Shown here: in pieces, positions 17,201 through 27,158 of the stretch
How the letters are laid out: each line of letters opens with the position of its first letter
How positions within the stretch are numbered: the stretch's first letter is position 1
Assembly: GCA_031285365.1 (NCBI GenBank)
Contig: JAITWP010000104.1
Coordinates: 1 to 58,378, forward strand
Direction of reading: 5' to 3'
DNA length: 58,378 bases
Source of the DNA: Azoarcus sp.
GTDB taxonomy: Bacteria; Pseudomonadota; Gammaproteobacteria; Burkholderiales; Rhodocyclaceae
Notes under the pieces: generated by a model
Databases searched by the model: none
The model's input: only the letters and a program-made list of their open reading frames with translations
Told to the model about the DNA's origin: nothing
Program-made: the position numbers and the translations under genes

Positions 17201-18202
17201 ATGAACCATCGTATTCAGTATATCACCAACACTCTCCTCAATGTAGCCAGTAACCCGGCCACCTTCGACCAACTCTCCGCGTTCAAAGGCGCGCAGGTCA
17301 GCATCGTCTATGGCGCAGCGCGCTACAACCACAATCAGTACACGTGGTATAGCAAACGGCGCGACAGCGGCGAGTATCGCCCCGGAGAGACGGAGGAGAT
17401 GCTCACCAAGAGCATGAATCAGCACCGCACCGCGTACCTGAGACAGCTCTTCTGGTTGCAAAGCATTGCGCGCTATGTTGAAGCTGGCACCTCCTACGCC
17501 AGCTACGACGACGCGTATTACAACAGCGAAGAAGGCCTCTTGGAAAACGACGAGGTGCATCTTGAACGCGTCGCCACCAGCGCTCACCCTTACGCATGGG
17601 CGCGTCAATCACTCATCAACAAGGGCGAATGGTTGATGAGCGATGACGGCGAGCCGCAGCTTGTCGAGGACTTCGGCACTGACATCTCGCTCGGTCTTGA
17701 GATCGCTGCTGACCGCATCGCCTCGCGCACGTTGCAACGTATGCTCTCCTCGTACATCAAGCACGACGACATGCCATACAACATCGAGAACGATCTCATC
17801 GCGATGCAAACCAGTCCTCAGGTCAAGCGACTCGTCAACGCACTCGATGCGGAGCGCGCAGTGCTGCGTCTCGCCAAGCTGACAGCGTTTGAGAAGCCCC
17901 ACAAGGACTACCCGGACGCCACAACGCACGAGACTGTTCAGGAGCAGTGGGACGCTCTCGAGCAGCGCGATGTGAAGGGCAAACACAAAGCCAGACTCAA
18001 ACAGTTCGACCGCATCATCGAAGAGGCAGAGTGCGAAGCTCAAGAAGCCGTGGTACACGCCAAAATGGCAGTGGCTTCCGCGAGCGCCATCACCGCGATT
18101 GAAGCGATCATTGACGCCTCCAATCTCAGCGACGAAGTTGCCGAGAAACTGAAAGCGGACCTCATCGCCAAGACGACGCGACGCGTAGGCGCAGCGCTGT
18201 AA
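17201..18202 (+). CDS. Hypothetical protein (333 aa)
   Basis: AAAGGA RBS before MNHRIQY; long ORF, no recognised motif. Confidence 0.8.
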   Translation: MNHRIQYITNTLLNVASNPATFDQLSAFKGAQVSIVYGAARYNHNQYTWYSKRRDSGEYRPGETEEMLTKSMNQHRTAYLRQLFWLQSIARYVEAGTSYASYDDAYYNSEEGLLENDEVHLERVATSAHPYAWARQSLINKGEWLMSDDGEPQLVEDFGTDISLGLEIAADRIASRTLQRMLSSYIKHDDMPYNIENDLIAMQTSPQVKRLVNALDAERAVLRLAKLTAFEKPHKDYPDATTHETVQEQWDALEQRDVKGKHKARLKQFDRIIEEAECEAQEAVVHAKMAVASASAITAIEAIIDASNLSDEVAEKLKADLIAKTTRRVGAAL

Positions 18203-18216
18203 GGTAGCAAGGTAGT

Positions 18217-18248
18217 AGAAGGAAGCGGGCATCCCCCGCTTCCTTTCT
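18217..18248 (+). terminator. Hairpin / putative terminator
   Basis: GGAAGCGGG-CATCC-CCCGCTTCC-TTTCT after the 333-aa gene. Confidence 0.6.
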
Positions 18249-18307
18249 AACCCCAACACCAAGCTCGGCACCTTTTTTCACCCCACTACTACATGGAGCG
18301 GCATACT

Positions 18308-18457
18308 ATGTCTCACCACTTCGCGCTTCGCGCGCATACACCAACCCACAACCAGCCCTACCCACTGCACTACATCGCCAAGGGGCTACGAGCCACGAAG
18401 CTATGGCGTGACAGACTGCACAGGAAGCGCTGTGATCGTCGAACGAAGGCTGGTTGA
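18308..18457 (+). CDS. Possible 49-aa basic peptide
   Basis: GGAG upstream; MSHHFALRAHTPTHNQPYPLHYIAKGLRATKLWRDRLHRKRCDRRTKAG. Confidence 0.35.
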   Translation: MSHHFALRAHTPTHNQPYPLHYIAKGLRATKLWRDRLHRKRCDRRTKAG

Positions 18458-18648
18458 CCCTGGGTATCCCCGCCCGCAGTCTAACGCGCTACGCCCGCGC
18501 AGAAAGGAGCAGCACCATGAGAAGCACCGACTGACGAACTACGCATTACGCGCGCAGCACGCAAGCCGCAGAGCTATGCACGATGTACATCGCCCTGTGC
18601 GCTGCGTGCTGCGCACCACGACCCTCACACACCGAAAGGAGCATCATC

Positions 18649-18885
18649 ATGAAAGACACCACCATCAACATCGCCGCGCTCAAAGCTCGCAGTGCCGGGA
18701 GCGCAGTACGACGCACCCTGGGCACAGCCGCCGGTGAAACGGGCGACGTCCTCTGGCTTGGCATCAAGAGTGTGTACTCGTTCTGCGCCGGGCTGGTGCT
18801 CGGCGAAGCCGAGCACGACGCGCCCAGCGCCTCGCGCGACGCGACAAGGGGCAAGGTACCCCGCGGGCGCCGCGCCGCAGCCTAA
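18649..18885 (+). CDS. Hypothetical protein (78 aa)
   Basis: AAAGGAG RBS before MKDTTINIAALK. Confidence 0.65.
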   Translation: MKDTTINIAALKARSAGSAVRRTLGTAAGETGDVLWLGIKSVYSFCAGLVLGEAEHDAPSASRDATRGKVPRGRRAAA

Positions 18886-18939
18886 CCCCACGCACGCGGC
18901 TCCACGAGCAGCGATCTACGGAGCCGCGTGCTCTACACA

Positions 18940-18995
18940 ACGAACTTTGCGCGACGAACTTTGAGCTACGAACTTTGAGCTACGAACTTCGCACT
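18940..18995 (+). repeat. Four tandem 14-bp units, consensus ACGAACTTTGAGCT
   Basis: Units start at 18940, 18954, 18968, 18982. Confidence 0.85.
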
Positions 18996-19164
18996 CTGTA
19001 AGATATATCGGAGGGACATGTTTGTTTGCGCCGGGCGCGACGAGCGGGGAATTTTTTACGGGGGGCTGAGGACGGGGAGCTACGAGCAACGATAAATGTA
19101 TTTGTGGCAATACACTTTTTGCTGGGGACGAGGAACGAGAGTTACTTTCCGCGCCTGAAAAGAC

Positions 19165-19460
19165 TGCAAAAATCCTAGAAGTTTGTAAAACTTTTATCTC
19201 TATAGTGATTTCATGTTTTATGAAAATATCATTTTTTGTATAACTAATTTATATATATCCTTCTATAAGTTCTATAATATATATAATAAACATATATAAA
19301 ACAATAAGATACCTCCATAGAAGTTTACATAGAAGGATACGAAAATATAGAAGCTCGCCCCGGCCATGTTCTATGCTTTTTGCCCCCGAAAATAAACCCC
19401 TTCAATTTAGTCAAGTATTGATTTTCATCCGTCCCTGTCCAAGGCTCGAACTTCTATGTG
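19165..19460. other. Putative phage replication origin
   Basis: Very AT-rich stretch in a GC-rich genome with multiple ATAGAA/TTCTAT boxes in both orientations, upstream of primase-helicase. Confidence 0.55.
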
Positions 19461-19666
19461 GTCGCTGTGTGCTCCTAGCAGTGCAAAAAGCTATCGAAAA
19501 TCAAAACCGATTGGCTATCTCTATTGGACATCGCCCCCGATTTAGCTCTAAGATAGTCGTGCAAGAGTTAGTTAGATGATAACTCTTCTCAACGTCAATG
19601 GTCACGCCGCAACCGCTGAAAGGCATCAGCTTTTCCCTAAAAATATACTTTTTGGAGCACAGCTCG

Positions 19667-22102
19667 ATGGACATATTTTTTCTTGGCTCGGACGTACCAC
19701 TCACAAAAACGTTCACACTGAAAGACGGCGCTATTGAGAAAAGCAACTACCCTCCCGTCAAAAACTTCACCTCGTTCAAAGAGCAAATCACCACGCTCGC
19801 AGATCTCCACACGCAGATCAAAGCCCATGCGCTCAACGGTCATTGTCTGCTCAAAGGAACTCTCGCCCGCGATCTCACCAATGAATCCCGCGCCGGACAC
19901 ACCGACACTAGCGCGCCGACAAAGTGGGTCTGTCTTGATTTCGACGACGCCCCCTACGCCTCCGTTGAAAAAGCAATGGAACAAATCCCCCCGCTCGCAG
20001 ATGTAAGCTACATCGTGCAATACTCCGCGTCCCACGGAATTACCCCCACACCGGAAGCACGCCTGCGCTGCCATGTGTTCATGCTCCTCAGCCACCCCAT
20101 GCCCGCCCCCTACCTGAAAACATGGCTGCAACTTTTAAACCTGAACACAAAAGGGCTGCATGATGCTGTGGAACTAAGCGCGACGAACGCCGTCCTCAGT
20201 TGGCCGCTCGACATCACCGCCTGCCAAAACGACAAACTGCTCTACATCGCACCCCCCGTGCTCAACGGCATTAAACCGCCGCTCAAAGACACAGAGCGCT
20301 ACCAATATGTAAAACGTGTCCACGACACCATCCCGATAGAACGCCTCGCCAACATCAAGGCAGAAGCTGTGGCAACACAAGCGCACCAGCTCCTAAATAC
20401 TCTGCGCGAAGCGCAAGGCTTGCCGAAACGCCGCGCAAACGCAATACGCATTGAACGCGACAGAACTGCCCTGTCGCAGTACGTTATCACCAACCCTGGA
20501 GAAGCAGTCATCACCGGGGTGCGCGAAGCGCGTGGTTTCGTGTATTTAAATCTCAACGGTGGGGATTCGTGGAGCTACTACCACCCGGTTGGAGACTATG
20601 AATATATTTATTGTTTTAAGCATCCTGAAGAACATTTTAGAACCCGTGAACTACTTCCCACGTACTATGCGGAAAAGCGCAAGCACAACACGAAAAAAAC
20701 CACCGAAGGCGAAACACTGCTCGCCTTCCGTGACTTCAAGTCAGACACCTACTACAACATTCTGTGGAACCCGCATACATATGAGTTAAATGTAAGCACC
20801 GCTTCCAACACCACAAAAATCGCTGCTTTTTACGGCAGTCGCGGCAGTCGCGCGCCTGACCAACTTCCCGACGGTGAAATTTTCTTCGACCCTACCGACG
20901 AGGCCGTGGTAGATGCAGAAAACCACCGCGTGAACTTATACGTCCCCACCGCCTACATGCGTGAAGCGGCAGCTTATACAGGCGAGACCCCGGAGTTCGG
21001 TACAGGCTTCCCCACCATCGCGCATCTCATAAAGCACGTTGTTGCACGAGGACTCAACGACGAAACCTGCGACCACTTTTTAAACTGGCTCGCCGTGATC
21101 TACCAACACCGCTGCAAAACCCAGACCGCATGGATACTGTCGGGAACAGAAGGCACAGGCAAAGGCACGCTGATAAACCACATTCTCGCCCCCACGCTCG
21201 GCAAAGCCTATGTGAAGAGTAAAAACGCCGACATGTTGAAAGAGAGGTTCAACGAAGATTTATTAACCAGCCTCATCATGTCCATAGATGAAGTGGAGTT
21301 ATCCGAAACGGCTTACCGCGCTGAAGCACAGAGTCGCCTGCGGCGGTGGATCACTGACAGCCCGTTGGATATGCGCGCTATGCACACAAATCTGTACCTG
21401 GCGCCAAATTACACCAACTTCATCCTCTCCACCAATAGTCGAGAACCCATATATCTGGATGAAAACGACCGTCGGTACAACGTGGGCGCCTTTCAGCATG
21501 AAAAACTCGCATTCACAGGTACTGACATTCGCGCGATACACGAAGAGCTTCCCTACTGGATGCAGTACATCATGCGCCGAACAGCAAACGTGCAGCAAGC
21601 CGCCACTGTAAACCTGTCCGACTGGCGGCAGGACCTTACAGACATTTCAAAAACTTCGGCAGACATAGTTGTTCGCGCGCTTAAAGAAGGGAACTTTATG
21701 TTCTTTTTCCGCGAGCGCCCGCAGGGCGGGATAGTGTACGGCTCGTTTGAAGCCGCAAACAACTACCAGCAAGTGATACTGGATATTGCGAAAATGCTTA
21801 TAGACAGTTTTGCCTCGTATAAAGTGCGCGCCCCTAATACTGACTCTTGCCGCACCGAGCTGAAAATTTCGCGCGACGCTCTTTTTACCCTGTTTAGCTA
21901 CTGCGTAGGGAATGTTCCAACCTCCCCCACAAAATTCTCCAGATACTTAAATCACCGGGGGCTGCCCGTGCAGCAAACATGGATTAGCGGAGAGAACGTG
22001 CAAGGAGTTCACATACTCTGGACTGTGCACAAACAGGACGCGGAGGAACTGCGTAAGTGGGTAGCGCAGAACTCCGGGCCACCCTTAAGACTTGTGAAAT
22101 AA
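19667..22102 (+). CDS. DNA primase-helicase (primase-like N-terminus, SF3/D5-type NTPase)
   Basis: Start MDIFFLG after GGAG; WVCLDFD, SASHG..RCHVF; GTEGTGKG Walker A, IDE Walker B, FILSTN...DRRY. Confidence 0.85.
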   Translation: MDIFFLGSDVPLTKTFTLKDGAIEKSNYPPVKNFTSFKEQITTLADLHTQIKAHALNGHCLLKGTLARDLTNESRAGHTDTSAPTKWVCLDFDDAPYASVEKAMEQIPPLADVSYIVQYSASHGITPTPEARLRCHVFMLLSHPMPAPYLKTWLQLLNLNTKGLHDAVELSATNAVLSWPLDITACQNDKLLYIAPPVLNGIKPPLKDTERYQYVKRVHDTIPIERLANIKAEAVATQAHQLLNTLREAQGLPKRRANAIRIERDRTALSQYVITNPGEAVITGVREARGFVYLNLNGGDSWSYYHPVGDYEYIYCFKHPEEHFRTRELLPTYYAEKRKHNTKKTTEGETLLAFRDFKSDTYYNILWNPHTYELNVSTASNTTKIAAFYGSRGSRAPDQLPDGEIFFDPTDEAVVDAENHRVNLYVPTAYMREAAAYTGETPEFGTGFPTIAHLIKHVVARGLNDETCDHFLNWLAVIYQHRCKTQTAWILSGTEGTGKGTLINHILAPTLGKAYVKSKNADMLKERFNEDLLTSLIMSIDEVELSETAYRAEAQSRLRRWITDSPLDMRAMHTNLYLAPNYTNFILSTNSREPIYLDENDRRYNVGAFQHEKLAFTGTDIRAIHEELPYWMQYIMRRTANVQQAATVNLSDWRQDLTDISKTSADIVVRALKEGNFMFFFRERPQGGIVYGSFEAANNYQQVILDIAKMLIDSFASYKVRAPNTDSCRTELKISRDALFTLFSYCVGNVPTSPTKFSRYLNHRGLPVQQTWISGENVQGVHILWTVHKQDAEELRKWVAQNSGPPLRLVK

Positions 22103-22132
22103 GCACACCAATCACTGAAGGAGCACCAACAC

Positions 22133-22330
22133 ATGCGAAAAATCGTAATCACAGTACACGGCGGCGTCGTTAACGGCGTGTATAGCACCAACGCGCAAGA
22201 CCAAAGCATCATCGTTGACTACGACGGTGACGAAGACGAGGACACCGAAGAGCCTCGTGCGTTGGGCTTCGCCTTCGCCGACGGCACAACCGCGCAAGAC
22301 ATCATCACCAGCGGGCACAAGATTTATTAA
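22133..22330 (+). CDS. Hypothetical protein
   Basis: AAGGAG RBS; KIVITVHGGVV..VYS...IIVDYD. Confidence 0.7.
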   Translation: MRKIVITVHGGVVNGVYSTNAQDQSIIVDYDGDEDEDTEEPRALGFAFADGTTAQDIITSGHKIY

Positions 22331-22334
22331 AAAC

Positions 22335-22523
22335 ATGACCGACCTCGAAAACTACCGCGCCCTGCCCCCCGCGGAAAAAGAACGCCTTGGCTTTGCGAAA
22401 TATCAGGAAGAGCTACGGCAAGGCACGCACAACAAAGATTGCTGGCTCTGGGGCGCGCGACACTACCGCTGTGCATTGGAGCGTATCGGAAACTTGGAAC
22501 ATAAACTGAAAGGGCAGACATGA
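22335..22523 (+). CDS. Hypothetical protein
   Basis: [10 protein letters not shown]...[16 protein letters not shown]; overlaps next start. Confidence 0.6.
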   Translation: MTDLENYRALPPAEKERLGFAKYQEELRQGTHNKDCWLWGARHYRCALERIGNLEHKLKGQT

Positions 22524-22861
22524 TTACGCCTGAGCACGTCAAAACCGCGTGGAAGTTTTACATGGGGAGTAAACCGCTTATATACGGGGAGTACGCGCTG
22601 TGTAATGTTGCCATGAAAGCGCACCTGCTCGCACTGGAAGACGAAAAACACGCCGAGCGTCGCAAGACGAAATTCAACATCGGCGACCTTGTACAAAAGA
22701 TAAAAGGCTCGTATTGGAGCGGGCACATTGTCGGAACGTACTCCACCGAACAAACACCCGAAGGCTACGCGGTAGAAAGCGACAAACACCCCGGCTCGGT
22801 GCAGATATATCCGGCAGCAGCTTTGGAACTAATCACCCCACCTACACAGGAACAAAAATGA
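22520..22861 (+). CDS. dfrB: DfrB (R67 / type II dihydrofolate reductase) domain protein
   Basis: [54 protein letters not shown] aligns without gaps to the R67 DHFR core. Confidence 0.9.
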   Translation: MITPEHVKTAWKFYMGSKPLIYGEYALCNVAMKAHLLALEDEKHAERRKTKFNIGDLVQKIKGSYWSGHIVGTYSTEQTPEGYAVESDKHPGSVQIYPAAALELITPPTQEQK

Positions 22862-23292
22862 CCGACCAAGAACTTTTAACCCTTGCTGCGAAATCAACGG
22901 CGCACCCCCATGCCGAGAACATGCGCCTCTACGCAGAGGACGCAGCGGAGACAGATAAGCCTTGGATACGGTGGGAGTGTGGGTTCATCAGCACTTGGGA
23001 AGACCTTACACGACATCCGCAGTGGGATATCGCTTGCATGTATCGCCGCAAACCGCGCACCGTCCTTATCAACGGCATAGAAGTCCCCGAACCTCTGCGA
23101 GAAGCGCCGCCGGTAAATGACAATGTGTATGTAGTTTCTCCGGCTAGTGATCCCGGGATTGTGCGCTATTCATGGCGCGAAGAGGACTTCATGCAACGCT
23201 GGCTCGCTCTCGGCCTCCTCCATCTAACCGAAGAAGCCGCCCGTCAGCACGTTGAGGCGCTGATCGCACCGACGAAACAGGCGGCAGCATGA
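22858..23292 (+). CDS. Hypothetical phage protein
   Basis: [22 protein letters not shown]...[17 protein letters not shown], a common phage accessory type; ATGA overlaps. Confidence 0.7.
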   Translation: MTDQELLTLAAKSTAHPHAENMRLYAEDAAETDKPWIRWECGFISTWEDLTRHPQWDIACMYRRKPRTVLINGIEVPEPLREAPPVNDNVYVVSPASDPGIVRYSWREEDFMQRWLALGLLHLTEEAARQHVEALIAPTKQAAA

Positions 23293-23546
23293 CATTCCTC
23301 GAACTCATGAACCCGGACACCTTGCGCTTGCATCTTGGCGAACTCACGCCGAACGAAATAAGTCTGGCGCAATCAGCGGTGGCTTTGGCTTGCGTAAAGA
23401 TTGGTCGGAGTATTCCTCCCGACTGGCAACTAGTGCCGAAGAAACCGACGGAAGCGATGGTTACCGCTGGCATCACAGCAGAGCCTGGCATACCGAGCAC
23501 TGTTTACGCACTCATGCTTGAAGCCGCACCTATTTATGGAGGCTAA
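23289..23546 (+). CDS. Hypothetical phage protein
   Basis: PDWQLVPKKPTEAM motif. Confidence 0.7.
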   Translation: MTFLELMNPDTLRLHLGELTPNEISLAQSAVALACVKIGRSIPPDWQLVPKKPTEAMVTAGITAEPGIPSTVYALMLEAAPIYGG

Positions 23547-23548
23547 AA

Positions 23549-23818
23549 ATGACAGACATCCTCGCCTACGCGACGCACGACAGATACGACAGATACGACT
23601 CGTTGCCGCGCCCGAAATCTCTGCACGGGGTTCTACGCGACAAGATAGCGATTGCTGCGCTGACCGCGCTCATCACAGAGCCGGTTTCGGAGACCTTTGA
23701 CTTTGTGTCCGCCACGATTGCAAAAGACCACGACTACTTCACCGACCCGCCCGAAGTGCGACTCGCAAAAACCGCGTACATCATGGCCGACGCGATGATG
23801 AAAGCGAGAGAAGCGTGA
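23549..23818 (+). CDS. Hypothetical phage protein
   Basis: LRD.IA.AAL...A..AY.MADAMMKAR motif. Confidence 0.7.
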   Translation: MTDILAYATHDRYDRYDSLPRPKSLHGVLRDKIAIAALTALITEPVSETFDFVSATIAKDHDYFTDPPEVRLAKTAYIMADAMMKAREA

Positions 23819-23907
23819 TGGCCTTGATCTGGTTTTTAATCGGTGCTGCGGTTGGGGTAATTGGCGTGATTACTGTTTTCAGTTTGCTTTGGGAAAGGTA
23901 AGAAAAT

Positions 23908-24420
23908 ATGGCTATGGACGAAGTGATTTGCGAAAGAACGTGGGTAACAGAAGCTGGACTTGCGGCGGCGGTCTTTTACGTTATGAGAAGTCACCGCTGC
24001 GGCTATGTCTGTGTCTCTCAAGGACATGTTTTACACGGAAAAGACTATTTGGATTCAGACTTTGATGTGCATGGCGGGCTTACATATGCGAATGATGCGG
24101 TTGGCAACCTTCCGCGAGCGTCTGATGAATGGTGGTTCGGGTTTGACTGCAATCATGTTCAAGACGGTTCCGACAACCCGATATTTAACCTTGTGAAAGA
24201 CCCGAACGCGCCGGTGCGAACGCTTGAATACTGTGAAGCCGAGTGCGAGAAGTTGGCACAGCAGCTTGTGAATTACGAGCCGCCGAGCCTGAAACGGGCG
24301 AGATTACTGGGCGAGCGGGAGGTGGGTTTTGTGAGCGACGAACTTATGAAAGCACTGACGTTCACGCTGGCATATGTGATTGTGCTTGTTCTACTCGCCG
24401 TAATTTTCCTGAAGAAATAG
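23908..24420 (+). CDS. Hypothetical phage protein
   Basis: HRCGYV...VHGGLTY...WWFGFDCNH motif; hydrophobic C-terminus. Confidence 0.75.
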   Translation: MAMDEVICERTWVTEAGLAAAVFYVMRSHRCGYVCVSQGHVLHGKDYLDSDFDVHGGLTYANDAVGNLPRASDEWWFGFDCNHVQDGSDNPIFNLVKDPNAPVRTLEYCEAECEKLAQQLVNYEPPSLKRARLLGEREVGFVSDELMKALTFTLAYVIVLVLLAVIFLKK

Positions 24421-24433
24421 AAGGAAGAAATAA

Positions 24434-24715
24434 ATGACTGACACCATAACCCTGCCGCCGTTGCCTAGCCCTGACTGCATGGGGCTGTTCACCCACGATC
24501 AAATGCGCGCCTACGGCGAACTCTGCGCGAAGCAGGCGCTAGAAGATACCCAAGCCGCCGACAACATAGACTTGCTGAAACGCATAGATACCGTGCTTGA
24601 GGACGTTTCCTACGCGGGCGATTACGTTGAAGGTATTCGAGTGCTCAAAAATCTTGTAACCACGCTACGACGCGAATTGAAAACTGAAAGGAGAAATAAA
24701 CATGCTGACCAATGA
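24434..24715 (+). CDS. Hypothetical protein
   Basis: LPPLP.P...FT.DQMRAY motif. Confidence 0.65.
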   Translation: MTDTITLPPLPSPDCMGLFTHDQMRAYGELCAKQALEDTQAADNIDLLKRIDTVLEDVSYAGDYVEGIRVLKNLVTTLRRELKTERRNKHADQ

Positions 24716-24896
24716 ACAGATACAGGAAATTTGGCGCGTCGAGACCGAAGCTTATGCGATGTCGTATTTAGATTTCGCTCGCGCTGTAGAACGCGCTGCA
24801 CGGCAAGAAGCAAAGGAAGAGGCTGCGCTGAAGTTTGCGCAAAGCGTTAAGTGGGTGACCAAAGAGCTTGTAGGGGATGAATTTTATGCTGCCTGA
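24702..24896 (+). CDS. Hypothetical protein
   Basis: AAGGAG RBS; LT.EQI..IW...FARAVE. Confidence 0.6.
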   Translation: MLTNEQIQEIWRVETEAYAMSYLDFARAVERAARQEAKEEAALKFAQSVKWVTKELVGDEFYAA

Positions 24897-25179
24897 ATAT
24901 GAGCTTATGAACCTTGTACCGGAAGAGCTATACGACGTTCCATGTTCAATGGAGGTACTCGTTGAATACGCCCGCGCCATTGAAGCGGCGGTTATGCCGA
25001 AGTGGTTGCCGATCAGCGAAGCGCCGATGGATGGTACTGTGTTTTTTGCGCACGAAAGTGGGGCGCTGTACATGTGTTTCTGGCTTGTCCTCGCGGAGAT
25101 GTGGTACTGTCCGAGCACTATCAGCGTACCAAATCCGACGCACTGGATGCCGCTCCCACCGATGCCGGAGGATGTATGA
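24877..25179 (+). CDS. DUF551-like protein
   Basis: WLPISEAP.DG...PTHWMPLPP. Confidence 0.75.
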   Translation: MNFMLPEYELMNLVPEELYDVPCSMEVLVEYARAIEAAVMPKWLPISEAPMDGTVFFAHESGALYMCFWLVLAEMWYCPSTISVPNPTHWMPLPPMPEDV

Positions 25180-25493
25180 AACCGTTCATACTCTGGGGAC
25201 GCAAAAAAGTAGAAGTAAACACAGACCCGCAACGACGTTGCTACAACGGGTGTCACGCCAAGTCGGAATGGAGGTGGACACCGTGGGGGCAACTACACTA
25301 CTGCGCCACACTGGAAGACGCCAAGGAATCAGCAGAGGATTTTAGGCGCATAAACCCGACGCACGAATATGGAGTTACAAAGCGGGATATGGACGATCCT
25401 TACAGCGGGAAAATGTACGGCGAAATAACTGTGTTCGAACACGACGAGCGCGGGCATATAACTGCATATCCGATGAAACAGGAGACAACATGA
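25176..25493 (+). CDS. Hypothetical protein
   Basis: GGAGG RBS before MKPFILW; VNTDPQRRCYNGCH. Confidence 0.65.
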   Translation: MKPFILWGRKKVEVNTDPQRRCYNGCHAKSEWRWTPWGQLHYCATLEDAKESAEDFRRINPTHEYGVTKRDMDDPYSGKMYGEITVFEHDERGHITAYPMKQETT

Positions 25494-25702
25494 GCAACAA
25501 AATTCAAGTACGAACGTACCGCTCCGGCAAGCGCGTCGCCACAGTCCGCCTCTCGGAGGGCGAAAGCATCATCATAGTCAACGACAAAAAGATGTACTGC
25601 CTCGGCTACCCGCTCGACGATCAAATTCACTACGGCGATACGCTGTCCAGCGCGTCCCCGGTCTTTTGGAACCAAGTCTCACAAAGTTGGGAGCGTGAAT
25701 GA
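25490..25702 (+). CDS. Hypothetical protein
   Basis: AGGAG RBS, ATGA overlaps at both ends. Confidence 0.65.
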   Translation: MSNKIQVRTYRSGKRVATVRLSEGESIIIVNDKKMYCLGYPLDDQIHYGDTLSSASPVFWNQVSQSWERE

Positions 25703-26439
25703 TGTTCAAACAATACCAGAACAAACGTGTCACCGTAGAGGCATGGCACTTCGATGGAACCTGCTCCGCGGCAATTGAGTTTGTGCACGCAAACCAAAAA
25801 GGCACGTACTTCAAGTATGACGGGCAGGACAACGTTTCTCTCTACTTCTATACCCGTGCGGGCGTAGTGGTTGCCAATCCGGGCGACTACATCATACGCG
25901 ACGCGCAAGGTGTATTGTGTTCGTGCAAACCTGCTATTTTTGCGGAGACTTACAGCGCTATTGATCTGGGCACCATCAGCTTCACTGCAAATCTCGCGCA
26001 GGCTGTATATGAAGGGCGCAAGACAAAGACGCGGCGTAAGTTAGGCACGCAACCTGACGAAGGCGGGCTTTCATTCAGCCCTGTGTTCGGTGAGTGGATA
26101 GATGCAACGAGGCTTTATGCAAAGCCTTACTTTGTGGGAAACCAGTTACGTGTCCTTATAAACAACGACACTGACGGACGGTTCCCGCAGGAAACCAACA
26201 TCGTTATAGAGATTACCAACGTGCGCGCGGAGCGGCTGCACGCCATCACCGACGACGAAATAATCGCCGAAGGCGCGTACAAGTTCCCCAGCGACAGCGG
26301 TGGATGGAAGTTCGGACGCGGTGAGCAGGAGTACGACACCCCGCGCGAAGCCTACCGAGCGTTGTGGGGGTCTATCTACGGCAAGGATTCGTGGGACGAA
26401 AACCCGTGGGTCTGGGTGATAACTTTCCAGAGGACTTAG
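25699..26439 (+). CDS. Two-domain protein with C-terminal ASCH/PUA-like domain
   Basis: N-terminal VEAW.FDG...A.PGDYII...CKP.IF.ETY; C-terminal GRKTKTRR...ERL..I......AEG...W..NPWVWVI.F. Confidence 0.75.
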   Translation: MMFKQYQNKRVTVEAWHFDGTCSAAIEFVHANQKGTYFKYDGQDNVSLYFYTRAGVVVANPGDYIIRDAQGVLCSCKPAIFAETYSAIDLGTISFTANLAQAVYEGRKTKTRRKLGTQPDEGGLSFSPVFGEWIDATRLYAKPYFVGNQLRVLINNDTDGRFPQETNIVIEITNVRAERLHAITDDEIIAEGAYKFPSDSGGWKFGRGEQEYDTPREAYRALWGSIYGKDSWDENPWVWVITFQRT

Positions 26440-26441
26440 CA

Positions 26442-27158
26442 ATGCTCAGAAGTGTCAGCTACTCCCGACTCCTTGCGTTCGAGACGTGCCCCTACAGCGC
26501 AAAGCTCAAACATATAGACCGCATCCCCGAGGAAAAGTCCGAGCACGCAGAACGAGGCACGCACATCCATCAGCTTGCCGAAGATTTCGTTGCCGGTCGC
26601 CTCAGCACGCTCCCCCCTGAGCTTGCGAAATTCAACGCCGAGTACAACGCGCTGCGTTCGCAGTATATGAATGGCCGCGTATCGCTCGAAGGTGAGTGGG
26701 GCTTCGATCAAGACTGGTCGCCGACAGACTACCGGAGCGCGTGGCTGCGGGTAAAACTGGATGCGCGTCTGCGGCTATCTCTAACGCACTCTGTCGTGGT
26801 AGATTACAAAACCGGCAAACGATTCGGAAACGAAGTCAAACACGGCGAGCAAATCATCCTGTACGGCCTGGCGGAATGTCTGCGAGAACCGAAAATAAAA
26901 AACGTCACCGTCGAGCTGTGGTATCTGGATGTGGATGATCTTGTCAGCACCACGCTCGCCCGCGAGACCATCCTGCGCTATCTGCCCAATATGGAAAAAC
27001 GCCTGCAAACCGTAACCTCGGCGACCGAGTTCCCGCCGCAGCCCAGCCTCTTCGCCTGCAAGTGGTGTCCTTATGGCCCCGCCAAAGGTGGGCAGTGCGA
27101 GCACGGCGTGCTGCAAGGCGACACTGTAATCAGCCTGTACCGGAGAAAATATGGCTAA
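26442..27158 (+). CDS. PD-(D/E)XK (Cas4/RecB-like) exonuclease
   Basis: SYSRL..F..CP, RGT.IH, KLD...VVDYKTGK, CKWCPY..C. Confidence 0.85.
   Translation: MLRSVSYSRLLAFETCPYSAKLKHIDRIPEEKSEHAERGTHIHQLAEDFVAGRLSTLPPELAKFNAEYNALRSQYMNGRVSLEGEWGFDQDWSPTDYRSAWLRVKLDARLRLSLTHSVVVDYKTGKRFGNEVKHGEQIILYGLAECLREPKIKNVTVELWYLDVDDLVSTTLARETILRYLPNMEKRLQTVTSATEFPPQPSLFACKWCPYGPAKGGQCEHGVLQGDTVISLYRRKYG

Noticed and set aside
18501..18535. Strong SD followed by 5-codon ORF MRSTD
   Set aside because: Resembles the initiation region at 18635-18660 and may be a duplication relic; too short to support
26442..27158. CRISPR-associated cas4
   Set aside because: No cas1/cas2 or array; solo Cas4-like nucleases are common in phage replication modules
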